From assembly GCA_002269645.1 (NCBI GenBank), contig NIVC01001332.1, positions 186,001-250,000 on the forward strand: a stretch of DNA of 64,000 bases. Reading direction: 5' to 3'. The notes under the pieces were generated by a model. The model searched no databases, was not told the DNA's origin, and worked only from the letters and a program-made list of their open reading frames with translations. Below are positions 24,276 to 35,600 of the stretch, piece after piece (positions within the stretch are counted from its first letter, which is position 1; every line of letters starts with the position of its first letter). Source of the DNA: Macrostomum lignano (taxonomy: Eukaryota). A program made the translations under genes and the position numbers.

Positions 24276-24905
24276 AAAATCGATAGATTTCTTAGAAATA
24301 ATTTTTATAAGTCTATCAATCGCTTTGCTAGCTGCTTTGTCACGGAAAAATATCGACGACTAAAAGCAGTAACCGTGCTGGTCAGGAGACTCCTTATTAG
24401 TCTCCCATTCGTTGGCAATTGAGCTATATCTAAAATGAAAATGACCGGTCGATATGATTTTATGACAGATTGATCCAGCTATAATCTGCTTCAATCACAG
24501 CATCAACGAATAGTCTCTGTCTCTAAAAATGAAAATTTTCTGACAGCAGATCCGTAATTTCTAGTATTTTGATTCTCCAGAGTTTACATTGATTGAAAGC
24601 GTTGGACAGAGAAAGCACGGATTATCCAATCGACTTTTGTTTTAGCTTTCAAGCTTTGAATCAAGCCGATCCGTCATTTGCAAAATTCCCATGCAAGTTT
24701 TGGTTTATTGAAGGCACTGGAGCCAGAAAGGGAGGCTTGATCAATCAAATGTCATGTCGATATGTCATTTTTACATATTTTTGCCTAAAAAGTAGCGTAT
24801 CATTTTCATAAAAATTCGTCTGGATGTAACGGCTGTCCGAACAAAATATTACAATTTTAATTGACTCCTGTTCGACACGGGTACGCTCTGATCCTCTAAG
24901 CTCAT

Positions 24906-24995
24906 ATTTCACAACGTCGAAACGTCGGCATTGTGAAAGTTCCACCTTCTGATGTTTTTACCTTGGGAAAGAATGTGCTTTCGACGTTGTGAAAT
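24906..24995. repeat. Small hairpin with a perfect 17-bp inverted repeat
   Basis: ATTTCACAACGTCGAAA (24906-22) pairs with TTTCGACGTTGTGAAAT (24979-95). Confidence 0.8.
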
Positions 24996-26005
24996 TTCGA
25001 TTTGTGAAATCCTCCCCCTTCCAGTTTTGGGCTTAGAAATCACATCTGTCACTAGCGCAAGTCAGCGCTAAAATTCAGCTCGATTTCAACCCTCGACGTA
25101 ATTTAAAAAGACCAGCGACGTTCATCGATACGACGGGTACGTCGGCAGATTTCGGACGCCGAGTGGTAAAATTAGAAGCAACTCCCAATATCCATTCAAC
25201 ACGATTCCCTATACCGATAGAGGAATTGTACAAATTCCAATTTTTTGTTAAAAGATTCTGCACATGCGTGTTCTTTGGATTAATTTTTTGTAGCTAAAAA
25301 CGCAAGGTCCAAAATGCTGGTCTATAATAGAGTAGGCCTAAGATCGTCTTCTAAGAACTAAGGCCTAAGAACAGATCAGAGTAGGCCTAAGGCAAATACT
25401 TTCGTATTGTCTCTATTGCGCACCGGTAGGTAAGTCACAGAATCAGCAGCTTTTGTTACGGCAGTCTTCATCGAGTCCATGAGATTAGCTGGATTGTCAG
25501 ACATGCAAAATGGTCGAATAGCGAACAAGAAACGGCTTTCTAAAAATATCCTATTCGATCGAGCAGAAAAAGAGAATTGCGTGCCTCAATTTCATATCCG
25601 CGAGCTGAAAGCAAGCCCTGAAGCCGTTTTTCCAACTGAGCTTTCATATCCTAAATTGAAATTTATTTTTTAAAAATTCGATGCGAAGATTATCTTTTTT
25701 ACAAGAAAAAAGTTCAGTCGATAGTGATCTTTGCCTTTTCTTTACTTAAAGTAGTAACTGAATGCATTTTAATCTTGGTTAAACACATTCAAGCAAAGTT
25801 TCTCGTCAATATCAATAGACGTTTTATACGAGTACCCTTGTCCTGGACTGCACAGTTCCAGAGAGCTACCAATTTTTTTCCTGGCAGATTGCTCAGTCGC
25901 ATTTCCAGCATGGGGGGGGGTTCAGGCAGACAAAGCGCAAAAATACGTTAATTAGTTACGCCAGATAGAATCATAGTGTTGTCTACTTCAGTACAGATCC
26001 AGGCA

Positions 26006-26528
26006 CTACGTCGCGGAACTCCGCGTCAGATGCAGCTGGTTGTCGAATAGGCCGCTCGCGATGACTTTGTAGACTCTGTCCATTGCAGTCGCGAAGCGCA
26101 GTTCCAATCGTACATCGCCTTCGATCTTTATATACCTGTGCGCCGGCTCCCACCCTATACGTCACTGCACAGTCCGGAAGTGTAGATGGTGCAGTGTAAG
26201 CCAGCTTTGTACTCTAGCAGAGTGAATCCCAGGTCGCGGATCTGCAGATGCCACCCGGCAGCTTCAATGTAATTGTAATCGAAGTCACTGTAATCGATTT
26301 CGGGAGGTCTCGGACTCTCATCGGCACCGTGTCCACCCTCCCATTAAAGGCCTTGTTGCTCATCAAGGCCATAAGTGAAAGTTTCGGAACACCGCTTGGG
26401 AAGAGATTCTCGCCCGTGTAGTTAAACGTACCAGTCGTAACAGTACGGTAAGCGCGCTCATTTGAAGCTGATTCAGTGGATAGATGGCATTGCGATGTTT
26501 CAACCCTAGCAACACCACGTCTCCACGG
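26006..26528 (-). pseudogene. Frameshifted Polinton/Maverick (adintovirus-like) major capsid protein C-terminal remnant
   Basis: Three frames join as ...TGENLFPSGVPKLSLMALMSNKAFNG / PPEIDYSDFDYNYIEA...GFTLLEYKAG / HRYIKIEGDVRLELRFATAMDRVYKVIASGLFDNQLHLT*. This matches, from recall, the Polinton MCP motifs ENLF.G.LPKR...N.AFNG and G.LRLEL.FA...V.V.A.FDN.IEI. Confidence 0.68.
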
Positions 26529-27499
26529 TTTTGGAGACAGACAATGGTAGATTGTGTCTTTTGGTTTTGCACAGATGACGGTGCACAGTCCAAGAGTTTC
26601 CCCAAATTCTGGCGGCCAGGTTCGAGAATTGAGGTTTGCTTAACAGTCATATCGTAATTATATGGGTTTTTGGTCGATCAGTCGTATTGAATGGTGTCCT
26701 ATAATGCGTTTCCCAATCAGTCTTGTGCGTTTTGAGGTTTACTGTTTAATCTCTTTCCCATACCAATTCTGGCATTGGCGTTTAAGGTGGTTTTTAGTAA
26801 TCTTTTGCTCTAATTGTTTTTAGATGTAATGCATTCTTTGCTTGTTATTTGCTATGCAGGCAATAAAGACGGTCTTGTACCGTTACTTTTAGAGCAGTGG
26901 CATGTTAAACTACCGGTACAGTGAATCATCTTACCTGTAATAATTTTAGAAGCAGTCCGTGAATGTCCCTATACCACACAGTGTCAGGCTAAGTTTGTGC
27001 GTCCCAATTCGTCAGACGAAGCAACGATACGCGGCTCGTACGATCCAGTGCGTCCCAACACCTGGCAGTAACTATAAACTATTACATATAATCGTACCAT
27101 GAAGCAGGGTCTTTTGCTTACGAGTAGGTACCACAGAAGGTAAAAATGTAAAAGCCATTATAGATATTAGGTCAGAAGTTGAGAGTTGTTGGGAGTAAAT
27201 TCTCAACAAAGAACTGCACATTCCGTTCGATGTACTCGTATATTAGATGTAAGGAGGGGCTGCAGCTCCAAGATCTACAACGCCCAGAAAACGGAAGCCC
27301 GAACAAAAATACACGCCGAAAAACTTCGAATACTAAGATATATTAATGTCAGACCAGCTCTACGCGTTTGGGCTGCCGCGAGCAACATGCGAGGACGCGC
27401 ACGTGCCACGGACGATCAGCCGGAGCCACGAACAGAGTATTGGGTGCAGCAGCCCGACTTCTTCAGGTAACAAGGGGAGATTAGGTTTAGCGTACGCTT

Positions 27500-28330
27500 A
27501 ATTTATTTGTGTTTTGATTCAGTTTGATTGTACTCAACGCCAATCTCCCTGAGTGTAACCTTCAGAGGTAAAAAACCCTGATCCGCGCTACCGGTGGCCG
27601 CTTACGCGCCACATCCGGTAAGTGGACTGCAGACTCTGCGCCTTTCAAATAACCGGTAGGTGCACCGCATAAAAATCCTTTTCACACTGCTCAAATGCAT
27701 TTGTTGGCTATACTGCTTCCGGCGGACAGGCCACTGGGCACTGAGTGAATTCCCCGGTTTCCTTCCGGTCGCGGGCATGGGCGACCACGCGAAACCACAG
27801 ATACTACGCGTAACTGATGAACGAATAATGTTCGGACCCTGAAGCTTGGCCCATCTACAGAGCCGCTGGTGCCAGGCCGTGGGAGTGTATAGTAGCATCT
27901 TGCTATAGTTAGCAGCATCCCTCTTAGAGTTTCCATAAGTTATTAAATTTCTAGAAATTTTCATGCATCTGCACTTTCTACCTCGTATAAATAGCGATTC
28001 TTCTTAATGGTCAAAATAGTTTGCTTGACAAAATATTTCTACGTATAAGCTACGCATTTCATATAGTTGAACTATTGGCCACGTTAGTATTCCCTGCATT
28101 TACTTCTAATAAGTTACTATGCATAATACACAAGCGTAGGAAATTCCAGAACACCGTAAATTTTTCTATAAATAAATATACGCCACGCACTCAGCTATAC
28201 CAAGCCTCTCTTCACTGACTAATCGAACGTCTAGAAACCTCAAAGAATCACCGCCTTCACGCCTCATTTATTTTGTTAACCCGCCACAGGTACAATGACT
28301 TTTGAATTTTCCACTTTTATATTTTGATCT
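27500..28330. repeat. Diverged dispersed duplicate of 36785-37475 (same orientation)
   Basis: Shared blocks include TGATTGTACTCAACGCCAA, CTTCAGAGGTAAAAAA, TTTTCACACTGCTCA, CCGGCGGACAG.CCACTGGG and CACCGCCTTCACG.CTCATTTATTT. Confidence 0.8.
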
Positions 28331-30009
28331 AAAACAAAAGCAAACATGACAAAAATTAACTTTTGGCGTTGACAAGTTAGTTAGCTACCATGCAATGTCA
28401 ATCCCAGAGTTTTTATCGAGATTGATCGGCCCCAATCCCGGGATCCTGTCAGGTCCAAAAATTGTCCGCTTTTGTGATCCATGGCTATTGTGGCCATGTG
28501 TTGATTCCATCGCCAGCTCATGCATTTCAAACACAATGTTCCGGATGTTAAGTTAAAGTGCAAATAGGTGCGAATAGGACTAGAAACAAACGAAACGCTG
28601 GTTTAACCTGCCAGGAAATTTTGTGGCAGCAAACAACGCACGAGAGAAAACACCATATGATGAAGCCTAGGACAACTGGACTAAAAGGCCTGTTAGTAAC
28701 GAATGGATTTTCTTTGTGAAGAAGCAAGCTGACCCTTTGGATTGTTGGGCCGAATTTATTGGCCGAATTTATATTATTTACTGATGTGCGAATCGACATA
28801 AGGCATGAATTTGTTTCGATCTGCTTGCCGATAGGCCTGCTTGCGGTAGGCCGAGACGCGGTAAGGCAGTTGTGTGTGAAGCGTGACCTCTCGATAATCC
28901 TACATTGTTTATTTTGGGAGTTGTATTTTCGAATACAAGGAATACAAGGAATACGACAAATTGTGTCTATTTTCGTCCAAAAACCAATTCAAAACGGCTA
29001 GGACACAACTTCCAGGACGGGAATTGTTCACTAAGCAATTCTAGGGATTTGTGTCATAGGCATTTTCCACTTGGCGCAAGCCAAATGATGGCCATAGACT
29101 AAACGTTTGGAACGAAAAGTTCAGCGAAACAGTCTGAAATTACCATAGACGAAACATGTTAAATGAAGTTGTGGTCTTATAAGCTGGAACTCTGCAGCAG
29201 AGGATACATGTTCCTGTTTCTTCTGTTTGCCCTAACCTCTATTCATGCCACTCATACGAATGATAAATTGGTCGAATTTGCCGATTGAAAGCATTTAAGG
29301 CTTGAATGGAAATGAGGTCAACTTTCTCAGCGACTTGAGTATGGGTGGACGTGACGAGGCGAATGACGAAGAGTTGATGGAGTTCATCCGATTCATTGAA
29401 TGCGGTAACGATGGTGCTCTGCCACCACTGCCAAGCGAAGAAGAGGCTTGCCCCGAGGATCCCATGCGGAACAACCATGCAATTCGGCCGATGTGAGTTT
29501 AACGTGTAACGATGTGAGTGTAAAAAATATCCTCGCAAACGCGTTGATACAGGAATATACAGATTTCTCATCTGCAAATGGGTACATCCAAATATAACCC
29601 GTTGGGAATATCCAAAGATGGGGGGCAGCTTGACCATAGACTATTCGCAGATAAGCAATCTGTTGTATTCCTGTTTCGATGCCTGAAAGGCGCGCAAAAA
29701 TTAACTTAGTTCACAATTTCCGTCGACGCAATTGTTTGTGGCCCAAACGAAACTAGGCACAATCAAATTAAACATTTCAATGATCATCAAAGCAACTCCA
29801 ATCATAGACTAAATTGCTACCACACAACTATTAGCCCTAGCGCTTTAAACCGAAATGAGTTGCACTTGGAGCAGATATCAAAAATAAAAAACTGTCAAGC
29901 GGTAAGTTCTTATATTTGTAGTAGATTCTTTACTTGAAAGTATTTTAAATAATAAATTCATGCATACTTTCTTTAGTTACCTAACGGCAAGCGAAAGGTA
30001 AATGAACTA

Positions 30010-31720
30010 GGCAAGATGTCCAACGCTCTGTCTACTTCGCTATACGGAGCCAGTTCGTCGTCTGCGACCAACGAGACGTCGGTAGCCATAGTTGAACCAT
30101 GTGATGATAAGGATTCTTCGGGGGACCCAATGCTATCTCCGGTACCCCCGTGGGCTCAAAACGTAAGGCAGTCGGAACTAGGGATTGCAATCCCGAGATC
30201 CCCGGGATTTTTTGTTAACATTTTTACAAAAAGTGTTGTAATATAAACATAATTGGGCCCACAACTAGTTTATTATACTGCGCTAATTTCCGTTAATTGC
30301 CTCACGTCGCGTGGCGCCTTTTTAAAACCTCTTCAACAAGACGGTGAAGATATTTGTCACTCTCCGTTTCAGTCGGATGGGTCGAAATCGGGCCATAGAC
30401 ACTTTCTTTCTGCTCAGACCCTGCATTCCCATTCCAGTCGGAAAGACCACAGAGTAAAAGATTTTATACATATAGATGTATGTATGTATCCTCTGTGAGT
30501 TTGGAACTTTCTGTCACAGACGGAAGAGTTTTATATTAATTTGCAACATTCCCAAAGTGTTCCAAAAGGCATGGCTTCGAGAAGACCTCTACCCAGGTAG
30601 GCTTTACTGGCTGAAAAATGCAGACTCGGTCTTGATTCCGACAACGACGAGTCTGAAATCAGCCCTATGGCTTCTGGAGCGGAGCACGCTAGTCACAGGA
30701 ACAGTGCGGAAGGATCGCGGAATTCCCATGCTTCTTCAAGAGCAGAACATCCAGCCAACTTCTTCGAGATTCGCGAGGAACAGCTATGTTCTGGCGTGCA
30801 TGTTTGTTGACAAAAAGCAGAGCGGAACGAAGATTGTCTATGTGATTGACACTTCGGGCGAGGCGGGCTGTGTCAAGGTTACTCGAATTCGCCAAAGCGG
30901 CGTGGAGGAAGTGATCCAAAAGCCGGTTTGCATCGCCAACTATTCGTCTTTTATGGGCGGCGCAGATCGCCTGGACAGTGGACTCCAGCCGTACCATCCG
31001 AACAGGAAGACGCAGAAATTGTTTCAGAAGCTCGGTTTTCACATCATCCTCCTTCTGGTTCGCAATGCTTGGATCGTTTACCAGAATGCTGGAGGAACAA
31101 AGAGCTTCCTCTGCTTCCTAGAAGTTGCGATCAGGATTTGATTGAACAGTCTGCTATTTGTGCGTTGATTTTAAGGTGCATTATTGCACGCTGATTGCAA
31201 GTTGTCTATGGCAAAAGTTCTCATTATCTTGTCTCACTTGTTGGCTAGACCATATGACAATGGTAGATTGCGTAGAAGGTAGAAAGTGACTTTGCTACGC
31301 GCACTCGTGTTTGGCCAATTTTTCAGCCTCTTACCTACTACGCAACGTCACTGTCCATAAGACACATACTGTAGAGGCCGTAGCGTAGTCTGGCGGCCAT
31401 TATTTCAACGTGCCGGAAGCGGTCAGTACTTCAAACTTTTTTATCACGCTTCAATTGGCTGTTTTGAGAGTTTGAGAGTTGCGATCAGGATTTGATTGAA
31501 CAGTCTGGGCCAGACAGACGTTGCGTTTCGGTTCGGGTCGGTCGGGCACCCGCCGCAGCCGGGCACATTCCAAGCAAGTCGGGCCAGGTTGTTGGGCAAA
31601 ATCGACCGAGGCGTCGATGCCGACAGTGTCAAAAAGAAGACAGTGTACGTCTGCTCGCAGTGTCCTGGCGTCCCGTCACTGTGTCTTGTGAACTGCTTTG
31701 GCACGTGGCACAATAATTAA
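30010..31720 (+). mobile_element. Decayed piggyBac-like transposase with C-terminal cysteine-rich domain
   Basis: Motifs MGRNR, GTVRKDR, KPVCIANYSSFMGGADRLD, YHPNRKTQKLFQKLGF and VRNAWIVY; CRD KTVYVCSQCPGVPSLCLVNCFGTWH. Frameshifts and an insertion are present; termini not identified. Confidence 0.85.
31154..31472 (+). repeat. ~320-bp insertion in the piggyBac, near-identical to 32771-33089 and flanked by a 31-bp direct duplication
   Basis: AGTTGCGATCAGGATTTGATTGAACAGTCTG occurs at 31123-31153 and 31477-31507. Confidence 0.9.
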
Positions 31721-31826
31721 AGAACCATTGTCATCTTTTAAAGTGTTAGAAAGCTTTGAATGCTTTTGAAATTTGAATGAAACTTTCCTGCTATGTTTGC
31801 TGGTTTGTTACTGTTGTTACTGTTAA

Positions 31827-32248
31827 TATAGTATTTGTCATGCTATCTCAGCCTAGAGACATCCAAACTCAGCCAGCCCATCTCAACAGTGCGATTTTTT
31901 ACGTAAGCCAGTCAAGTTTTACCATAGACATGCTTCTTAAGGCCATGCTATCTCAGCCTGGGACATGCAATCTCAGCCACTTTTCAGATTCTTACTGACT
32001 TTTCTTGCTGCGTTCATTCATTGCTGTTTGTTGCCATTTCATGTCACGTTACAGAAATGATAGCATTGAGATCTGTTTGCAATTGAAATCTATATTGGCT
32101 GAGATTGCATGTCCCAGGCTGAGATAGCATGGCCTTAAGAAGCATGTCTATGGTAAAACTCGACTAGCTCGAGCCAAAAAACGCATTGCGGAATGGGGCT
32201 GGCTGAGTTTGGATGTCCCTAGGCTGAGATAGCATGACAAAAGCTATA
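31827..32248. mobile_element. MITE with ~146-bp terminal inverted repeats
   Basis: 31834-31979 and 32096-32241 are reverse complements with few mismatches. Outer TATAG/CTATA suggests a TA target. Each arm carries CCATAGAC/GTCTATGG. Confidence 0.85.
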
Positions 32249-33975
32249 CGAGCCATCTTTGCAAAGTTTGTTGGCTTTACTTCTATTATTGGTCGAGTTC
32301 GACCCATAGCCGACTGGAACGGTGGGTAGAGAATTTGTGCGCTGGCCATAGACATTTTGAACCGACTGCGCTGGGGACTTGTAAGTGGTCGAAAACTACC
32401 TTCCCGACTTCTTAAGGTTAAACCCCGCATCACAGATTTAAATGTGAAATTTATTCCTATGTAAATTTTGATGTATGATTTGCTTCTTTATTATTACTTT
32501 TATACTACTTACTCAAATACGTTACAAGATAATGCTGTTTTTCATCTACGAAAAGATCATTATCTCTATTACAATCAAAAATGGAAGCAAAAGTACATTT
32601 AAATGTAGAGCATATTTTGCCTTTAAATTTCAACCCAAAAGCTTAAAAATCAGTATTTTTCTGATCCCGGAACAGCGACTTCAATACGAAACGTCAAGCA
32701 GCATCGAATTCTCGTGTTCAGACTAAACGCGTTAGGATGTAACAGTAGTTGGCTTTCAAATGTTACTTTGCTATTTGTGCGTTGATTTTAAGGTGCATTA
32801 TTGCACGCTGATTGCAAGTTGTCTATGGCAAAAGTTCTCATTATCTTGTCTCACTTGTTGGCTAGACCATATGACAATGGTAGATTGCGTAGAAGGTAGA
32901 AAGTGACTTTGCTACGCGCACTCGTGTTTGGCCAATTTTTCAGCCTCTTACCTACTACGCAACGTCACTGTCCATAAGACACATACTGTAGAGGCCGTAG
33001 CGTAGTCTGGCGGCCATTATTTCAACGTGCCGGAAGCGGTCAGTACTTCAAACTTTTTTATCACGCTTCAATTGGCTGTTTTGAGAGTTATTTTACCTAT
33101 AGACGACTGAGATGTGTGTCTTGGTTTGACCATAGACAACACTGGGATGAGTGCTGATTTCGTTTGCGTCTTGCAAGAAATCAGGAAAGCGGGTAGTACG
33201 AGTGAAAGCTACTTGTCTTGTCAAACAACTATGGCTGGTGCATCTCGTCAAACAGCCCCGCTTATTAATTGGAAAAATCTTCTTGTCGACGACTGAACGA
33301 ACCGACCGTGCGCCCTATGCTTCAGTGGAGGTGACGCAGGAGATGCGGGTGAAGCATGGTAAGCATAATATGTCAACATTGTAAGTAAATTAGTGGCTAT
33401 ACTAATGGCTATATAGAAACTGAATTTTTTACATTGTCCATTAATCTGCAGGTCGGATGGATTCGGAACGCGCAGTTCGCTTCTTCGAGAACTGCCACTT
33501 CAAGAATTGCACGTTTCAGTTTTAATGAGCAACTTCTGATGGACAGTCTATGACTATACTGTGTTGTTTTTGTGCTTAATGTGCGCGTTTTCCATTGTTT
33601 AGCAATTTGACGATCATTATTCACATTTTTAGTGCAGAACAATCCATTACTACAAACAATGCATTGTCTGTAGGATCGTCAAACAGAAAAACAATGCAAA
33701 GAATCAGCGGTCGCAGCACGTGACAACGATTTGTCTATGGCTCGCCAAAATCATGATTATCTGAATTGTATCACGCTGGAGCGTGTTTGATGCATTATTT
33801 ATCGCGCAAAAGTCTATGGTGATTTTGTATTTGAACAATAGTAACCAGCGTGCAGCTAATGCATTCAATACACGGAATACAATATGAGCCGTAATCATCC
33901 AGGCATTGTATCACGCTGGCGCGCGTTAGATGCACGATTTACTGTGCGTCTAATGTAGGTGTCTATGGCAATTTT

Positions 33976-34590
33976 CTATCTGAGTAAAGGCAACAAGCGT
34001 GCGTCTAACGCGTGCGTGTAATGCACGGAAAGTGAGTATATTTTAATAAGTATACTTCCCATTGACTTCAGTGTCGTATTGGAAGCATAGAATGCGTCGT
34101 CAGTTAGAATATTGATTCGCCTTGTCGACATGAAATGCCGGTAGAGCGCAGCTCGGATACAAATCAACGTGGCTGGAGCAAAGTATTCGCCATTCCTCTT
34201 GCGAAGTGAGCCATAGAAGTATCGCAATAGACTGTCGATCTCGCGCGGTGTAGAAGTCGCCAAATCACGCTGAACTGACGGATGGTTCTCCATGAAGCTC
34301 TGCAACTTACCGACATAATATTCGGTAGCCTTTGTCACACTTTTACTAGCAGCGGTGTCCTCGATTTCGGAAACGAGCTGTTCCAATTCAAGTAGTTCAG
34401 CTTCTTCGTCAGGTATCTTCTTGAAAAGTGCCTCCAGAAGATCCTCCTCTTCTCGATCAATTGCCGACTCCGGTAGATTATCAGGCTCGTTCAGAATGTC
34501 GTCAATCTCATTGGTGGACAAGCCGGAAATCATTTCGTTCGGAAATTTGCTCAGATTCAGAAGTCTGACTTTAGTTGGTGGCTCAGCCAT
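33976..34590 (-). mobile_element. Truncated Crypton-type (DUF3504/KCTD1-ZMYM-QRICH1-related) tyrosine-recombinase N-terminal ORF
   Basis: IDSLLRYFYGSLRKRNGEYFAPATLICIRAALYRHF...INILTDDAFYASNTTLK resembles, from recall, the CryptonA pattern L..F....RK.DG..Y.P.TL..I...L.R...NI..D..F..S...L. No catalytic R-K-H-R-H-Y region was seen. Confidence 0.7.
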
Positions 34591-34759
34591 ATTCTCTCAC
34601 AAGTGATTTTAATTTAACAGCTTCTTATTCCCTTCTTCGCAACACTCAATCAACTTGCGTGCCTTTCACGCATTTTTGTCTATGGTTAAGACAAATTAAC
34701 TGAGCGTGCATCTAACGCGCCATCTAAAGTATTAAGCCAACGTAATACAATGCAACTCA

Positions 34760-34945
34760 TACATCGATTTTTTGTGCTTAAATGGTCTATGGCACTCGTG
34801 CGCTGCGCGCACTCGTGCATAGACCATTTAAGCACAAAAAATTTGTTGCGCTGCGCGCACTCGTGCATAGACCATTTAAGCACGCAAAATTTGTTGCGCT
34901 GCGCGCACTCGTGCATAGACCATTTAAGCACGCAAAATCGATGTA
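34760..34945. repeat. Three ~48-bp units (GCGCTGCGCGCACTCGTGCATAGACCATTTAAGCAC) preceded by an inverted partial unit, upstream of the Crypton-like ORF
   Basis: Direct reading. Confidence 0.85.
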
Positions 34946-35340
34946 TGAATCCTACATTTTTATTCTGCCAATACTTAATGTAGCTTATTAGCGAGGTGCA
35001 GAGAGAGACCCACCGGATAAAAAATTTCAACTGCAAGAAGCCGCATACTCAAGAGGCAAAGGCGCGGCCTAATTTTCGAAAGCTGTGCGCGCATCCGCTA
35101 ACATCTAGTCAAAAAGTTCTTAATTCAAAGCCGGACAGATTTTACCAACCGCCAGTGGCCGTAGGGAAGAGAGAGAGAGAGAGGCGAGCGCGCGCCCAGA
35201 CATGCACTTTTCTTGTCGAAAGAATTCACTGCTGGCTTGCGATGCTCGTGCAAATATAGACAAACTTGCTTCTGCGGCCGCTGAAGGACTAGTAGAGACT
35301 TCTGTCGTTAATAGATCTTATACTCACTATATAAGTATAG

Positions 35341-35600
35341 AGGGTTGTAGCCTAGTTGTTAGAGCATCGGACTCACGACTCGAAGGACGGGGGTTCGATT
35401 CCCGATCCCACTCAGAACAATTTGTGTCCTTGAGCAAGACACTTAACTCTGCATTGCTTCAGTTCACCCAGCTGTAAAATGGGTGCCAGCATTAGCTGGG
35501 GTAATTGAGGGTGTGTGTGGCGACCCACAGTCTGCGGCTGAGCTGTCGGTTGCACATCTGCCCATTAGGGCAGGTGTAATCAATTATTATATACATGTAC
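35341..35600 (+). mobile_element. tRNA-derived CORE-SINE-like element
   Basis: A box TAGCCTAGTTG and B box GGTTCGATTCC, then TGTGTCCTTGAGCAAGACACTTAAC...CAGCTGTAAAATGGG, which matches the MIR/CORE domain pattern. Confidence 0.8.

Noticed and set aside
25075-25263. VVSMNVAGL as the start of a LINE APE endonuclease
   Set aside because: Single short motif; downstream endonuclease motifs were not recoverable.
28560-29300. Minus-strand YRKQAYRQ and LSCVV motifs as a KolX/P2X7-ballast-like transposon accessory gene
   Set aside because: Only two short motifs in different frames; too weak without a profile search.
35341-35410. tRNA gene
   Set aside because: A and B boxes are present but the cloverleaf is degenerate and it runs directly into a SINE CORE domain.
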